Positions 9,950 to 20,476 are shown, counted from the stretch's first letter. The stretch: DNA of 64,000 nucleotides from Thermoplasmatales archaeon (GCA_020350825.1 CP070724.1:1013584-1077583); one strand, 5' to 3'. Notes: generated from the letters alone by a model not told the origin. Program-made: numbers and translations.

Positions 9950-10573
9950 CTATGCTTTCAAATATCCTAATTCCATTAGTTTTTTCAAAACCTTTTCTGT
10001 ACTTTCTTCAACGGTTTCTTTATCTGTGTCAACAACAAGTTCAGGTTTTTCCGGTTCTTCATAAGGGGCATTTATACCCGTAAAATCTTTGATTACACCG
10101 GCTCTGGCTTTTTTATAAAGACCTTTAGTATCTCTATTTTCACAGGTTTTGATGGAGGCTTTTGCATATATTTCAATGAATCTATCTTCTCCAACTAGTT
10201 CTCTACAAAAATTTCGAAATTTTCTGTAAGGAGAAATAAAAGCAGTTATAGTAATAATCCCTGCATCTGCGAAAAGATTTGCTACTTCAGATATTCTGCG
10301 GATATTTTCATTTCTGTCTTCTGGAGAAAATCCAAGGTCTTTATTTAATCCATGGCGAACATTGTCTCCATCAAGGACATATGAAATGTGCTCCATTGAA
10401 TGCAATTTGTGGGCTACTTCGTTGGCAATTGTAGATTTACCACTTCCAGATAGACCTGTGAACCATAACACTACTCCTTTTTGTTTTAAAAGTGATTCTC
10501 TTTTTTCTCTTTTTACTCTATGAATATGCCATGTAACATTTGTAGCTTTTTGTTCTTTCATATTTCTGATCAC
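9950..10573 (-). CDS. cysC: Adenylylsulfate (APS) kinase
   Basis: P-loop [30 protein letters not shown] and FISPY motifs. Confidence 0.92.
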   Translation of the reverse strand: MIRNMKEQKATNVTWHIHRVKREKRESLLKQKGVVLWFTGLSGSGKSTIANEVAHKLHSMEHISYVLDGDNVRHGLNKDLGFSPEDRNENIRRISEVANLFADAGIITITAFISPYRKFRNFCRELVGEDRFIEIYAKASIKTCENRDTKGLYKKARAGVIKDFTGINAPYEEPEKPELVVDTDKETVEESTEKVLKKLMELGYLKA

Positions 10574-10583
10574 ATCCTTTTTC

Positions 10584-11561
10584 TTATTTTTTAGTTAAAA
10601 ACTCCATTATTTCCTCTACAAAAGAATCAGTTTTATCTTTGGGTACTATTGCCCCAAGAACTTCTTTTTTCCCTCCACATTTAAAGCCAAGATCTTTTCC
10701 TCGTTTTATCATGGGTTCTGCATTTTTATTGCTTCTTACATAGACTTGATCCATATCTCCAAAAAAACCCGTGTTGATGACTAGTGTATTTTTTCCACTC
10801 TCCCAAGCGACCTTTCGAGTGATTGTCGAAATGATATTGTATGGGGTGTTTATTTTCTTTAGAATAGTTCCGTTGATTTCGTCTGATACTTGGTTCAGTT
10901 GTTTTGTTATCTCATCGTTTAGTTTTGTGAGATTTTTATTCCATTGATTATTTTCTAGTATTTCATTAGCCGAGGTATATGTTAGTAGATGATGTGGTGC
11001 TTTTTCCACTGCTTTTTTGTCACCTATTTTATAGTTGGAATCCAGTAGATAAACAATCTTTAGCATATCGTCAAAAGTTAGGTTGTTTTTATTACAAAAA
11101 TTATTTATTGTTGTATATATCAGTTGGTTATCCTTTATTTTCTGTTCATGATCTCCAACTATGCCAAGTAAAGCAAACAGATTTACAGGGTTATCAAGAT
11201 ACCGGTTTATAATCCAGCTAGCAGAGGGATATTCGTTAGGGTTTTTCCCTTTTATTACTGGATTATGATGGAAAATTTTTTTTATCTCCCGTCCTAAATG
11301 ATGATCAAATATCAATACCTTGGCTTTTTTTACTAATTTGAGAATGTTGTCTTCTGGAAGAGACATATCGGCAACTATGACAAAATCATATTTTGAGTAG
11401 TCTTTGAGTTCTTTTTCAGTGAGAAAATAATTACCCAGCTCTGGTGTTTTGTTAATTACGTTCTTATCAGAAAGGTGTTCCAACAAAAGTCGTATAGAAC
11501 AGATACCATCAGTATCCCAGTGATGTATCAATAGACCTTTTCCCTGTAGATCTGCCAGCAT
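10584..11561 (-). CDS. DHH-family phosphoesterase (candidate pAp phosphatase, NrnA-like)
   Basis: DHH motifs [17 protein letters not shown] and IFDHH. The pAp-phosphatase role is inferred only from its position between sat and cysC. Confidence 0.6.
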   Translation of the reverse strand: MLADLQGKGLLIHHWDTDGICSIRLLLEHLSDKNVINKTPELGNYFLTEKELKDYSKYDFVIVADMSLPEDNILKLVKKAKVLIFDHHLGREIKKIFHHNPVIKGKNPNEYPSASWIINRYLDNPVNLFALLGIVGDHEQKIKDNQLIYTTINNFCNKNNLTFDDMLKIVYLLDSNYKIGDKKAVEKAPHHLLTYTSANEILENNQWNKNLTKLNDEITKQLNQVSDEINGTILKKINTPYNIISTITRKVAWESGKNTLVINTGFFGDMDQVYVRSNKNAEPMIKRGKDLGFKCGGKKEVLGAIVPKDKTDSFVEEIMEFLTKK

Positions 11562-11568
11562 AGAACTT

Positions 11569-12711
11569 TTACTCCACGAATGGTTTATCGAATTTCAAAA
11601 TCGTTTCTGATACTTCTTTGCGCATCATGTCCTCAGAAGGTATTTCTCCATTTCGTAGGAGTTCTCTTATTTTTTTACCGCTGAAATTGATATGATATTT
11701 TTGATCATGTGGACAGATTTTATCGTTTACAACACTGCCGCATTTTGTGCATCTGGAGAACGATCTAAAGAAAACTGGTACTATTCCTAGATCAGGGAAT
11801 TCTGAGAATATATCGTGAGCGTCATATGGTCCATAGTAGTTACCAACACCAGCGTGATCTCTCCCTACAATGAAATGTGTGCAACCGTAGTTTTTACGCA
11901 TAATAGCATGATGAATTGCCTCCCTAGGACCTGCGTACTTCATAGCGGTACGAAGAATAGACATCACCGCTCGCTCTTTGAGATAATAATTTTTTATTAA
12001 CGTTTCATAAGAGGATAGGATTACTTCATCTCTGAAGTCACCTGATTTTTTCTTTCCTATGATAGGGTTGATAAATATTCCGTCTACAAAGGTTAGTGCG
12101 GTTTTTTGGACATATTCATGGCCAATATGTGGTGGATTACGTGTTTGAAATGCAACAACTTCTTTCCATCCTTTTTCTTTGAATAAAATGCGTGTTTCTT
12201 TTGGTGAAAGGTTATATTCGTCGAATTTTCTGGTTTTGCTGTCTAGAAGTGTGATTTTTCCACCAAGTAGGAGTTGTTTCATATTATATACGTTAGCCAC
12301 ACCAGGATGCGCCGTATCTTGAGTGCCGTATACTGTTTGTGCCAATGTTTTTTTATCATAAGTGAAAATTTCGTCAATATCTAATAATGCAATAACACCG
12401 TTTTCTTTGTTTGTGAGTAATATTCTGTCTCCCTCTTTTATTTCGTTTATATCTTGTTTATTGAAATCTAACAAGATAGGGATTGTCCAAGGGGTATCAT
12501 CCATTAATCTTTTTTCGTGCAATACGTTTTCAAGATCGTTGTTGTGTAGAAATCCTTCTAGTGGTGAAAAAACTCCTTTTGAAATGTTTATGATATCTTC
12601 TGAAAGGTTTGTATTTATTTCTAATTTGGGTAGTTTTGTTGTCTCTGATAACTCTTTTTTGACAGTTCTGCTTATTAGTTTTCCACCGTGCGGTTTTGGC
12701 ATATTTTTCAC
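11569..12711 (-). CDS. sat: Sulfate adenylyltransferase (ATP sulfurylase)
   Basis: QTRNPPHIGHEY and VGRDHAGVG motifs. The N-terminus MPKPHGGKL suggests the real start may be the Met at 12702. Confidence 0.92.
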   Translation of the reverse strand: MKNMPKPHGGKLISRTVKKELSETTKLPKLEINTNLSEDIINISKGVFSPLEGFLHNNDLENVLHEKRLMDDTPWTIPILLDFNKQDINEIKEGDRILLTNKENGVIALLDIDEIFTYDKKTLAQTVYGTQDTAHPGVANVYNMKQLLLGGKITLLDSKTRKFDEYNLSPKETRILFKEKGWKEVVAFQTRNPPHIGHEYVQKTALTFVDGIFINPIIGKKKSGDFRDEVILSSYETLIKNYYLKERAVMSILRTAMKYAGPREAIHHAIMRKNYGCTHFIVGRDHAGVGNYYGPYDAHDIFSEFPDLGIVPVFFRSFSRCTKCGSVVNDKICPHDQKYHINFSGKKIRELLRNGEIPSEDMMRKEVSETILKFDKPFVE

Positions 12712-12712
12712 C

Positions 12713-12955
12713 TCAATCTAGATATCCTAGTGCTCTTAATCTTTCTTTAACTTTTTCTTCATCTTCTTTGCTAAAAACTTCTTCACTTTCTTCTTCCATT
12801 CCTGATATAACTTCTCTGAGTACATAGGTGACATATGAAGAGAGTGAGGTAAATCCTGTTCCTTCTATTCTTTTTTTAATTTTTTCTGCAAGTGGTGTTG
12901 GTATTGATATGGTTGTATATTTTTTTTCATCTTTTCCTTCTACCATGTGCTTCAC
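12713..12955 (-). CDS. Ribbon-helix-helix (CopG-like) DNA-binding protein
   Basis: TTISIPTPLAEKIKKRIEGTGFTSLSSYVTYVLREV fits the beta-strand/helix/helix pattern. It is the first gene of the sulfation operon, 1 nt from sat. Confidence 0.6.
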   Translation of the reverse strand: MKHMVEGKDEKKYTTISIPTPLAEKIKKRIEGTGFTSLSSYVTYVLREVISGMEEESEEVFSKEDEEKVKERLRALGYLD

Positions 12956-13055
12956 CTTATTAAATATAATTATATATCATTATATTTAGTTATATGTAAT
13001 TACAAAAACTATATAAATTTTATGGAGATGGTGGAAAAAATATCAATGAATTACT

Positions 13056-13490
13056 TTATCCAATTACTTGCACTACTTGGTTATTTACTACAAGAAATTC
13101 CACCAATTCACCAGTTTTCGCCAGATCCTTAAGAAGATCGTAACTCAAAATATGCTCATATCTTGATAAAACCCGACTTCCACTTGGTGCCCAACTACCA
13201 ATTTCTACATGATGCGAATCAAAATTTTTTACGCTCCCTAATATAGTAAATGATTCCGTTATTAATCTAAATGAACAAGAGGTACACTCGATAACTGTCT
13301 TATATGGGATATAAAGAGTTTCTCTGTCATATATCGGTTCTATTTGTACCATTGTTAAAGATCCTTGACATTGCGGACAAGTCATGGCTTCTCCTTTATT
13401 TTTACTCCAAATATCTTCTAAAACCTTCAGATTTTTCTTGAAACTCATCTCCCGAAACTCCATTCCATATATTATGCACGCTTCTAGCAT
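13056..13490 (-). CDS. Hypothetical protein with a CPQC...CTSC zinc-ribbon
   Basis: ORF with two CxxC pairs. I recognise no family. Confidence 0.45.
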   Translation of the reverse strand: MLEACIIYGMEFREMSFKKNLKVLEDIWSKNKGEAMTCPQCQGSLTMVQIEPIYDRETLYIPYKTVIECTSCSFRLITESFTILGSVKNFDSHHVEIGSWAPSGSRVLSRYEHILSYDLLKDLAKTGELVEFLVVNNQVVQVIG

Positions 13491-13581
13491 ATATAGTTTT
13501 GGTAAAAATTAACTAAATGTAAAATAAATAGACTTATTAAATTAATAAAAGATAATAGATTTGAAAATTAAGGAATGGTTT

Positions 13582-14370
13582 ATGAAAATTATAACATTTC
13601 TTTCTGATTTTGGCACAAAAGATGGATATGTCTCTCAGATGAAAGGAGTTGCATTAGAAATTACCGATGCAAGACTGGTTGATATTACACATGATATTGC
13701 ACCCCACAATATCCGTGAGGGAGCATTTACTCTTAGAAGTACCGCTCCATATTTCCCTACTGGAACAGTTCATGTAGCAGTAGTAGACCCTGGTGTAGGT
13801 ACTGAAAGGCGGGGTTTATTGATAACTACAAGTAAACATATATTGATTGGTCCGGATAATGGCCTTCTAATGCCTACAGCTCATTTACTGGGTGATTTTA
13901 TTGTATATGAAATTTCGAACGAAAAATACATGCTCAATCCAATATCTGCAACATTTCACGGAAGAGATATTTTCACTCCTGTTGCAGCACATATAACAAA
14001 TGACGTACCATTTGAAAAAATTGGCAACCGAATTGATGATTTTGTAGATTTGGATTTTGGACAAGGTGAAATTAGAGAGAATGGCGCCACTGGAAAGGTG
14101 ATTTATATTGATAGATTTGGAAACATTATAACTAATATAACCAGAGATGTACTGTCAAATAGTTTAACTTACAATAAAAACATCATGGTATTTATTGGTA
14201 AAAAGCGTATAGAATTGCCTTTTGTTAAATCCTATGGTTTTGTTAAAAAAAGTGAAATGCTTGCCACCATTGGGAGTAGCAATTTCCTTGAAATCGGCAT
14301 AAATCAAGGTAATGCAGCAAAGAAATTATCTATAAAAGAAGAGGATAAACTAGAAATATTGTTTACTTAG
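13582..14370 (+). CDS. SAM hydroxide adenosyltransferase / SAM hydrolase (DUF62 family)
   Basis: ITFLSDFGTKDGYVSQMKGV...DITHDIAPHNIREGAF is the hallmark N-terminus of the family. The ORF is open from 13561, but the likely start is MKIITF at 13582. Confidence 0.8.
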   Translation: MKIITFLSDFGTKDGYVSQMKGVALEITDARLVDITHDIAPHNIREGAFTLRSTAPYFPTGTVHVAVVDPGVGTERRGLLITTSKHILIGPDNGLLMPTAHLLGDFIVYEISNEKYMLNPISATFHGRDIFTPVAAHITNDVPFEKIGNRIDDFVDLDFGQGEIRENGATGKVIYIDRFGNIITNITRDVLSNSLTYNKNIMVFIGKKRIELPFVKSYGFVKKSEMLATIGSSNFLEIGINQGNAAKKLSIKEEDKLEILFT

Positions 14371-14918
14371 AATTCTTTCCTTATCGACCTGTCAGTTGTA
14401 GTGTATTTGTTCCCTCCGATATAGTATAATGGTTGGATTTTGTTTGTTATTAATAGGTCATTTTTAAATGTATTTTCATCTGCTTGCACTGCTACAACCT
14501 CCCCAATAAACAACGTATGGTCCCCGACTGTTAAGTTTTGTATCATCCTGCATTCTAAATGAGCATAGCATTCTTTAATGAGGGGTACTTTTACCTTTTT
14601 AGCGGGAGATAGAGTTAGCCTAGTTTTATCGATTTTATCTGTTGATCTACCAGAATGTGTTCCACAGAAATGTGCTTTTTCTACCATATTGTAATAAACA
14701 AAATTGACAACAAACTCTTTGCTTTTTTTTATAAAATCGTGAGAATATCTGCCTGGAGCTAAAGAAATGCCATACAATGGAGGTTTTTTTGAGATGGTTG
14801 TATGCCATGCTATTGTTATGATATTTGTCTTGCCATGTTCATCATTACATGTTACTAAAACCGTTTGCATTGGAAATGAGTATTGGTAGAATTTTTCTAT
14901 GCTTCCATCAACTTTCAT
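14367..14918 (-). CDS. Flavin reductase-like (FMN-binding split-barrel) protein
   Basis: VTCNDEHGKTNIITIAWHT...PPLYGISLAPGRYSHDFIKKSKEFVVNF pattern. Confidence 0.7.
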   Translation of the reverse strand: MKVDGSIEKFYQYSFPMQTVLVTCNDEHGKTNIITIAWHTTISKKPPLYGISLAPGRYSHDFIKKSKEFVVNFVYYNMVEKAHFCGTHSGRSTDKIDKTRLTLSPAKKVKVPLIKECYAHLECRMIQNLTVGDHTLFIGEVVAVQADENTFKNDLLITNKIQPLYYIGGNKYTTTDRSIRKEF

Positions 14919-14948
14919 ATTACCTTCCTCTAAAACGTTTAGGACATT

Positions 14949-15170
14949 TTAAAATTTTATGATACTGTCCAATAGCCCATGTGCATAATTTATGCATCCA
15001 AAGGCAGTGAAATAATCTTTTTTTTCTAAATAATATTTTGTGTCTTCATAATATTGGCTTGCTAGTTCAATTATTTTGCTCTGCTTTTCGTCTATACTTC
15101 CTTGTTGCATCTTTTGAAGATTTTCTTCGAACATAACTATATCTTTTTCTATTCTCGTTTTATCGTTCAT
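14949..15170 (-). CDS. DUF357-like small archaeal protein
   Basis: 73 aa with [29 protein letters not shown]. Family recalled from memory. Confidence 0.5.
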   Translation of the reverse strand: MNDKTRIEKDIVMFEENLQKMQQGSIDEKQSKIIELASQYYEDTKYYLEKKDYFTAFGCINYAHGLLDSIIKF

Positions 15171-15229
15171 AATATCTTAATTTAAAGACATAATATATGG
15201 AAATAAACTTTTTGTTATTTTTTGAATTT

Positions 15230-15279
15230 TTATCGTTTGTTATCCGATAAAATGTTTTGTCGCTTTTCAAACGACAAAA
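15230..15279. promoter_or_regulatory. Two adjacent inverted repeats with identical 9-nt spacers (candidate operator)
   Basis: TTATCG-N9-CGATAA (15230-15250) and TTTTGTCG-N9-CGACAAAA (15255-15279), about 70-120 nt upstream of the wHTH gene at 15348. Confidence 0.4.
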
Positions 15280-15347
15280 TGGAAAACTATTTATACTTAT
15301 AAAACAACAAAATTTATTAAAATAAAAAAATAAATTGGTGCAAATTA

Positions 15348-15746
15348 ATGAGTAAAACTGGGTTACGTGTAGACAAAAGTACAGAGAAAGCAGTGCATGA
15401 AATATTGAAATCTAGAGCTGAGTCGAGAATTTATATATATTTACTCAGAAAAAACGGGGCAGTAAGTGAAAATATCATAAAAGGTACCAAACTTCACCCA
15501 AGTACAGTTAGAGAATTACTTTCCAAAATGTATGATCAGAAATTAATTTATCGGGAAAAACTAAAAAATGACAGCATAGGAAAAAATCCTTACCTCTATA
15601 GAGCTGCTTCTCCAATTAAACTTTTGCAAAAATACGCTAATGATATGGAATGTAGGTTAAACAAACTTGCAAAATTATCTAAGAAAAAAAATGGAATTAC
15701 TAAATACGTTAAGATAAAAATTTATGAGCGAGTAGACAAGACATGA
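15348..15746 (+). CDS. Winged-helix transcriptional regulator (TrmB/ArsR-like)
   Basis: ESRIYIYLLRKNGAVSENIIKGTKLHPSTVRELLSKMYDQKLIYRE fits an HTH-plus-wing pattern. Its stop overlaps the start of the exporter gene (ATGA). Confidence 0.6.
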   Translation: MSKTGLRVDKSTEKAVHEILKSRAESRIYIYLLRKNGAVSENIIKGTKLHPSTVRELLSKMYDQKLIYREKLKNDSIGKNPYLYRAASPIKLLQKYANDMECRLNKLAKLSKKKNGITKYVKIKIYERVDKT

Positions 15747-17980
15747 ACTCAAAAACGATTGCAAAAATATTGGTAAAAAGACCAAAAGCGGTCATATTAG
15801 TCTTTACTGTAATTACTGTAATTATAGGTTTACAGATTCAAAATGTGTATATGGTTTCAGAACTTTCAGGATATTTACCCCGAGATCATCCATCGATACA
15901 GCTATGGGAGGAAATAGATAAAGAGTTTCAGATTGCATCAACTATTGTTATTTATGTTGAAGCTGATGATATACGAGATCCATATGTTTTAAAAGAGATG
16001 GATCGTGTTAGCGGGAAGGTAAATAAATATGATCTCGACAGAGGAGAAAAGGACGGTATTGTTTCGGTAACAAGTATTGCTTCTCTCATAAAAGATGAAA
16101 ATGCAAAGCCTTATGCTATCGGGGGACTGGGAGGTACAGGAAAATTCGAAATTCCAGAAGATAGAAACCTCATTTCTCGATATGTAGCAAGAGAGTTAAT
16201 ACAGGCAACTGAAGGAGTCCTTTTTATTAATACATATAAAATTGCGATTATTATTTTGCAATTATCAAATGAGGCCGATTACAATATAATTTTGGATGAT
16301 GTTCAAGCTGCAATAGAGAAAGAAGTACGCTATTCAGATATGATGATAACTGGACTTGTCGCAATGCAGCAAGCAATTCAAAAAGAGAGTATGGAAAACA
16401 TAAGAATTATTTTCCCAATCGCGCTAATATTTATTTCCATTGTTATATTTTTCTTTAATCGAACACTTAAAGGTGTAATTATTATTTTATTACCTTTGGG
16501 TTATGCACTCGCCTTAACATTTGGGTTATTTGGCATAATAATGCCTGAATTGACGCTTTTGTCTATTGCTATCGTTGCCCTACTTGTTGGTTTGGGCGTT
16601 GATTATTCAATTCATCTTCTCAATAGATTTTCCGAAGAACAAACGTTAGATGACAAAATCGAGGCTGTTGAAAAAACATTAAAGTTTACTGGTAAGGCGG
16701 TTTTTCTTTCTACTATAACGACAACGATTGGTTTTGGTTCATTGATGGTATCAAGTATGCCGCCGGTAGTAACCTTTGGTCTTGGATGCGTTATTGGCAT
16801 TATTTTTTGTTTTATTTCTGCTACAATTCTCGTTCCTTGTTTAGCGATGGTATTAAAGTTTAAAAAGAATGGTCGTGCTCATAATTGGAAAGCTGTTGCA
16901 AATATTATAATTAGTAATAAAAAACGATTTGCTTTGATTTCATGCTTTTTTGCTGTCATATCTCTAATAGTTCTCCCTGGTATTAGAACTGATGTTAACT
17001 ACTTTGAGATGGCTCCAAAGGGCTTGCCAGAAATTGATAAATATTTCGAGTATTCAGAAAATTTTGGTGGTGGGACTAGTTATAACATGTTGTTAATTGA
17101 GACAGATAGTCAAGGTCTAACTTATCCTGAAACTATAGAAGCTATTTATACTATGGAAGAAGAAATAAGAGCTTTAGGTGCTACCGTCGTTTCAATCGCA
17201 GATGGACTAAAAGAGGTCAGTGATATTTTAGAGAGAAGTATAATACTTGAAAAAATTGCTGAGTTTGCAAGTGTTGAGGAAATTATTTTTGATAGAATTG
17301 CCAGAGAAGGATTAGTTAATGATGATTATTCAAAGACTGTCATCATTATTACTTTTAAAGTGGGAATGGGTGTTGAAAAGCTAAAATCATTGGTACACGA
17401 AATTAATAATATAGTATCGAAAACAGTCTTACCCTTCAACGGCCAGATTTCAAAATTGACAGGTCAAGACGCATTAAATGTGGAGATTAATGGTATACTT
17501 TCAGACCAACAAATACGTTCTATGATTACTGCATTGTTGCTCGTGTTAGCAGTGCTTATTTTAATATTTAGTTCGTCACTTTGGGGATTTTTAACGTTGG
17601 TCCCTGTCATATTTGTTCTTGTCTGGGAACCCGGATTTTTGGTAGCGCTTGATATTCCACTATCTATTATTACTATTTCTATTGCTTCTATTATGATAGG
17701 TATAGGTATTGATTACGGTATACATCTAACTCAAAGAGTTCGAGAAGAGATGGAAAGAGGTAAGTCTAAAATAGAGGCGACAAGGGAGTCTATCGAAAAA
17801 ACTGGTTTATCACTTATTGAAGCAGCTTTTACCACGATTGCAGGTATAAGTTCAGTTTATTTTGTTGATATTCTTGTAATACAACAGTTTGGAACAGTTA
17901 TTATAGTTATGACTATTTCTTCCCTTGTAGCCGCAGTGTTAATTTTGCCGATGTTTTATAATTTGAGATTTGTGAAGTAA
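15743..17980 (+). CDS. RND-superfamily exporter, HAE3/MMPL-like
   Basis: 745 aa. Two 6-TM bundles each follow a large extracytoplasmic loop. Duplicated GLGVDYSIHLLNRF / GIGIDYGIHLTQRV motifs. Confidence 0.8.
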   Translation: MNSKTIAKILVKRPKAVILVFTVITVIIGLQIQNVYMVSELSGYLPRDHPSIQLWEEIDKEFQIASTIVIYVEADDIRDPYVLKEMDRVSGKVNKYDLDRGEKDGIVSVTSIASLIKDENAKPYAIGGLGGTGKFEIPEDRNLISRYVARELIQATEGVLFINTYKIAIIILQLSNEADYNIILDDVQAAIEKEVRYSDMMITGLVAMQQAIQKESMENIRIIFPIALIFISIVIFFFNRTLKGVIIILLPLGYALALTFGLFGIIMPELTLLSIAIVALLVGLGVDYSIHLLNRFSEEQTLDDKIEAVEKTLKFTGKAVFLSTITTTIGFGSLMVSSMPPVVTFGLGCVIGIIFCFISATILVPCLAMVLKFKKNGRAHNWKAVANIIISNKKRFALISCFFAVISLIVLPGIRTDVNYFEMAPKGLPEIDKYFEYSENFGGGTSYNMLLIETDSQGLTYPETIEAIYTMEEEIRALGATVVSIADGLKEVSDILERSIILEKIAEFASVEEIIFDRIAREGLVNDDYSKTVIIITFKVGMGVEKLKSLVHEINNIVSKTVLPFNGQISKLTGQDALNVEINGILSDQQIRSMITALLLVLAVLILIFSSSLWGFLTLVPVIFVLVWEPGFLVALDIPLSIITISIASIMIGIGIDYGIHLTQRVREEMERGKSKIEATRESIEKTGLSLIEAAFTTIAGISSVYFVDILVIQQFGTVIIVMTISSLVAAVLILPMFYNLRFVK

Positions 17981-18103
17981 AATAAATTTACAAGTCGAAA
18001 ATGGATATAGTTTTCTATGACAGAAACACAATTTTTCTAATTGATGTTAGGATGATTATCACTCAAATAAAGTTTTTAATAATAATTTATTTACTAGTAG
18101 GAT

Positions 18104-18331
18104 ATGGCAATACAATTTTGTCTTACCCTTGCAGTAAGTATCATAATTTTTCTAATTACAGCAATAGAATATAGATATAGTATTGTTCTATTTGGTAAAA
18201 TATTTGGTAAATTTCTTATGAGAAAAATTAAACGTGAAGAAAATCCTGATACCTTTAATTTGGTAATTAGAATGCAAATCCTTTTTGGTATCTTATTACT
18301 GTTGCTATCAATTTATATTTTTTACCTGTAA
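18104..18331 (+). CDS. Small membrane protein (2 TM), hypothetical
   Basis: ORF with two hydrophobic segments. No family recognised. Confidence 0.3.
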   Translation: MAIQFCLTLAVSIIIFLITAIEYRYSIVLFGKIFGKFLMRKIKREENPDTFNLVIRMQILFGILLLLLSIYIFYL

Positions 18332-18436
18332 AATTAAATTCAAATCTCGTTTGTCTTGATGGATGAAATGTCAATTGAAAAATTATTTGTGGGAAAATTT
18401 TGAAAAGGAACAAAGGTTTACATCCTTCGATTCGTA

Positions 18437-19108
18437 ATGAATGGCCGGAAAACATACTATTCATTCCATGATATACCCTTTGGTAGCACGGGGAGTTATA
18501 ATAATGTGAGTTTAGAACCTGGAATGAGATTTAGCCAGGTAGAGATAGTTCACATTTTGATTGCTATGGTCGTGCTTACAGTTTCGTTTTCTTTTGCGTT
18601 TGCTCCATATCCTCCTTTGTCTAATCTGAGTACTGTCGTTGGGAATTTACCTCTTTCTTTTCTTGCTATAGCCACCGCCTTTTTTTGTCATGAAATTGCT
18701 CATAAATACATGGGGCAAAAGTATGGGTATTGGTCAGAATTCCGGATGTTCCCACAAGGTCTTTTATTCGCTTTATTTCTTGGAGTTTCTGTGGGAATTG
18801 TCTTTGCTGCTCCAGGGGCTGTGCAGATATTTGGAAGGCCAACTAGGGAGGAAAGTGGAAAAATGGCAGCTGCAGGCCCAACTACAAACCTTATGATTTC
18901 ATTTATATTTTTCCTTCTAATGTTATCTTCTAATGGTTACATAAGATATCTTTCTTTCTTTATTGCCTATATCAATGCGTTTCTAGCTTTTTTTAACTTG
19001 CTTCCTTTTGGTCCTTTAGATGGGATGAAAATCTTCAGGTGGAAAAAGGAAGTATGGGGCCTACTAATTGTCATAAGTATAGGGATTTTTATTACCCTAA
19101 TGGTATAA
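18437..19108 (+). CDS. Site-2 protease family (M50) intramembrane metalloprotease
   Basis: HEIAHKYMG (HExxH) in a TM helix and NLLPFGPLDG motif. The real start is possibly the Met at 18524 (MRFSQVE). Confidence 0.8.
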   Translation: MNGRKTYYSFHDIPFGSTGSYNNVSLEPGMRFSQVEIVHILIAMVVLTVSFSFAFAPYPPLSNLSTVVGNLPLSFLAIATAFFCHEIAHKYMGQKYGYWSEFRMFPQGLLFALFLGVSVGIVFAAPGAVQIFGRPTREESGKMAAAGPTTNLMISFIFFLLMLSSNGYIRYLSFFIAYINAFLAFFNLLPFGPLDGMKIFRWKKEVWGLLIVISIGIFITLMV

Positions 19109-19470
19109 CATTCAAACATCTAAAGAAAAATATCTTTGATATTTTGATTCTTCACTAAAATTAATACTTTCACCAGCCTCTTTTTTACTTATATAAACCA
19201 AAAAAGATATGCTAGATCTAATAAGATATGAGATATGGGGGACATGCCAGCATCCCATTCTCTCCGCTGACATCTCTGACAATTAAAAAGGGAAGAAATA
19301 TGATATTTGATGACAACCAAAAGTGGAAGTTGGAGTATCTAACTAAAGAAGAGTTGGAGCTTCTAGAAATAATAAAATATTGATTTGTTAGGTCGGTGTA
19401 TTTTAATAATAATATTTTATTTTGTCATTACACTCCCTGGTTCATATAATTTAAAATTTGTCAAATAATG

Positions 19471-19731
19471 TTATTTCTCATTAAGAGATATTAGAGACTT
19501 AAGAAATAGTACATCAAATACGATATTTCCAACTAGAATTATAATCGCCAAAAAAAGTTCACCATCATATGTTGAAATACCCTTAGAAAAGCCTCTATAA
19601 AACCAATCTCTTATCAAAAAAATAGATACAACAATTGGTAAGAATATAAGCAAAGGGGCAAATATTAATTCTAGTCTCATTAATCTTGTATTGTTAGGTT
19701 CTTTATCAAGGTTTGATTTTTTATTTGACAT
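19471..19731 (-). CDS. Small membrane protein, hypothetical
   Basis: 86 aa, two hydrophobic helices. Confidence 0.4.
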   Translation of the reverse strand: MSNKKSNLDKEPNNTRLMRLELIFAPLLIFLPIVVSIFLIRDWFYRGFSKGISTYDGELFLAIIILVGNIVFDVLFLKSLISLNEK

Positions 19732-19743
19732 GTTATCACAGTG

Positions 19744-20400
19744 TTAGATAGGTAGAATTATCTCCGCTGGCATAATATCAAGCCCAGTTACTTTCAATCC
19801 TTGCCAAAGTATAAAAATTAAAATTGCTGGGAGTATTTGAATCATAAAATCGTCATCGATTAACCAGAATTTCTTAGCTTCGCCAATTATCGCTCCAGTT
19901 CCACCTATTATTGAAACTAAAAGTACTATCCATATGTCGGCTTTAAACCATGTTATTAAGAAGAAAAAAACGGAGATAAAAAAACCAATTACATATGCTT
20001 TTTTTATTCCTGAATGATGTCGTATCTCCCCTATTATTGGATCAGAGAAACAAGCACAAAGAATGCAAGGTATCGCTATTTGTTGGGGGAAGAAAAGAAG
20101 TAAAATAAGTGCTGCTATACCAAAATATAGGTATCCTGCAGGTCTTTTTTTTTCATAACTTCTAAGTCTAAAAAAATGTTTACGATCTATTCGTTCTTTT
20201 AATCTAAAATATTCTAAGATTAAGGCAAAAACTACGATTACAATTGGAATGTATAATTTTAATGTATTGATCCATTGCTCGTTTGGCAATGAATAGTAGA
20301 TTAAAAAAGAAGCTGCAAACGTGTGAAAAACCCGTCTAAAAAAGTGAGCCTCAAATTGCTGATTTACTGCTTTTTTTTTACCCATTTTAGGTTTTTCCAT
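19744..20400 (-). CDS. Polytopic membrane protein, weakly polyprenol/dolichol-kinase-like
   Basis: 218 aa, about 6 TM. The CFSDPIIGEIR loop resembles the CTP-dependent kinase/cytidylyltransferase motif. The function call is weak. Confidence 0.4.
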   Translation of the reverse strand: MEKPKMGKKKAVNQQFEAHFFRRVFHTFAASFLIYYSLPNEQWINTLKLYIPIVIVVFALILEYFRLKERIDRKHFFRLRSYEKKRPAGYLYFGIAALILLLFFPQQIAIPCILCACFSDPIIGEIRHHSGIKKAYVIGFFISVFFFLITWFKADIWIVLLVSIIGGTGAIIGEAKKFWLIDDDFMIQILPAILIFILWQGLKVTGLDIMPAEIILPI

Positions 20401-20476
20401 ATTCTGTATTATAGATTATAAATTTGTTTTTAAAAGTATTTAGCTAAAATGAATTTTTACGCTGGTAAGTATACGA

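Noticed and set aside
19109-19470. Small ORFs (MLDLIRYEIWGTCQHPILSADISDN*, MIFDDNQKWKLEYLTKEELELLEIIKY*) and a possible C/D-like RNA (two CUGA boxes at about 19268-19282) in the 362-bp convergent intergenic region.
   Set aside because: No convincing RBS. No C-box with the correct 12-nt spacing. No recognisable family. Left unannotated.
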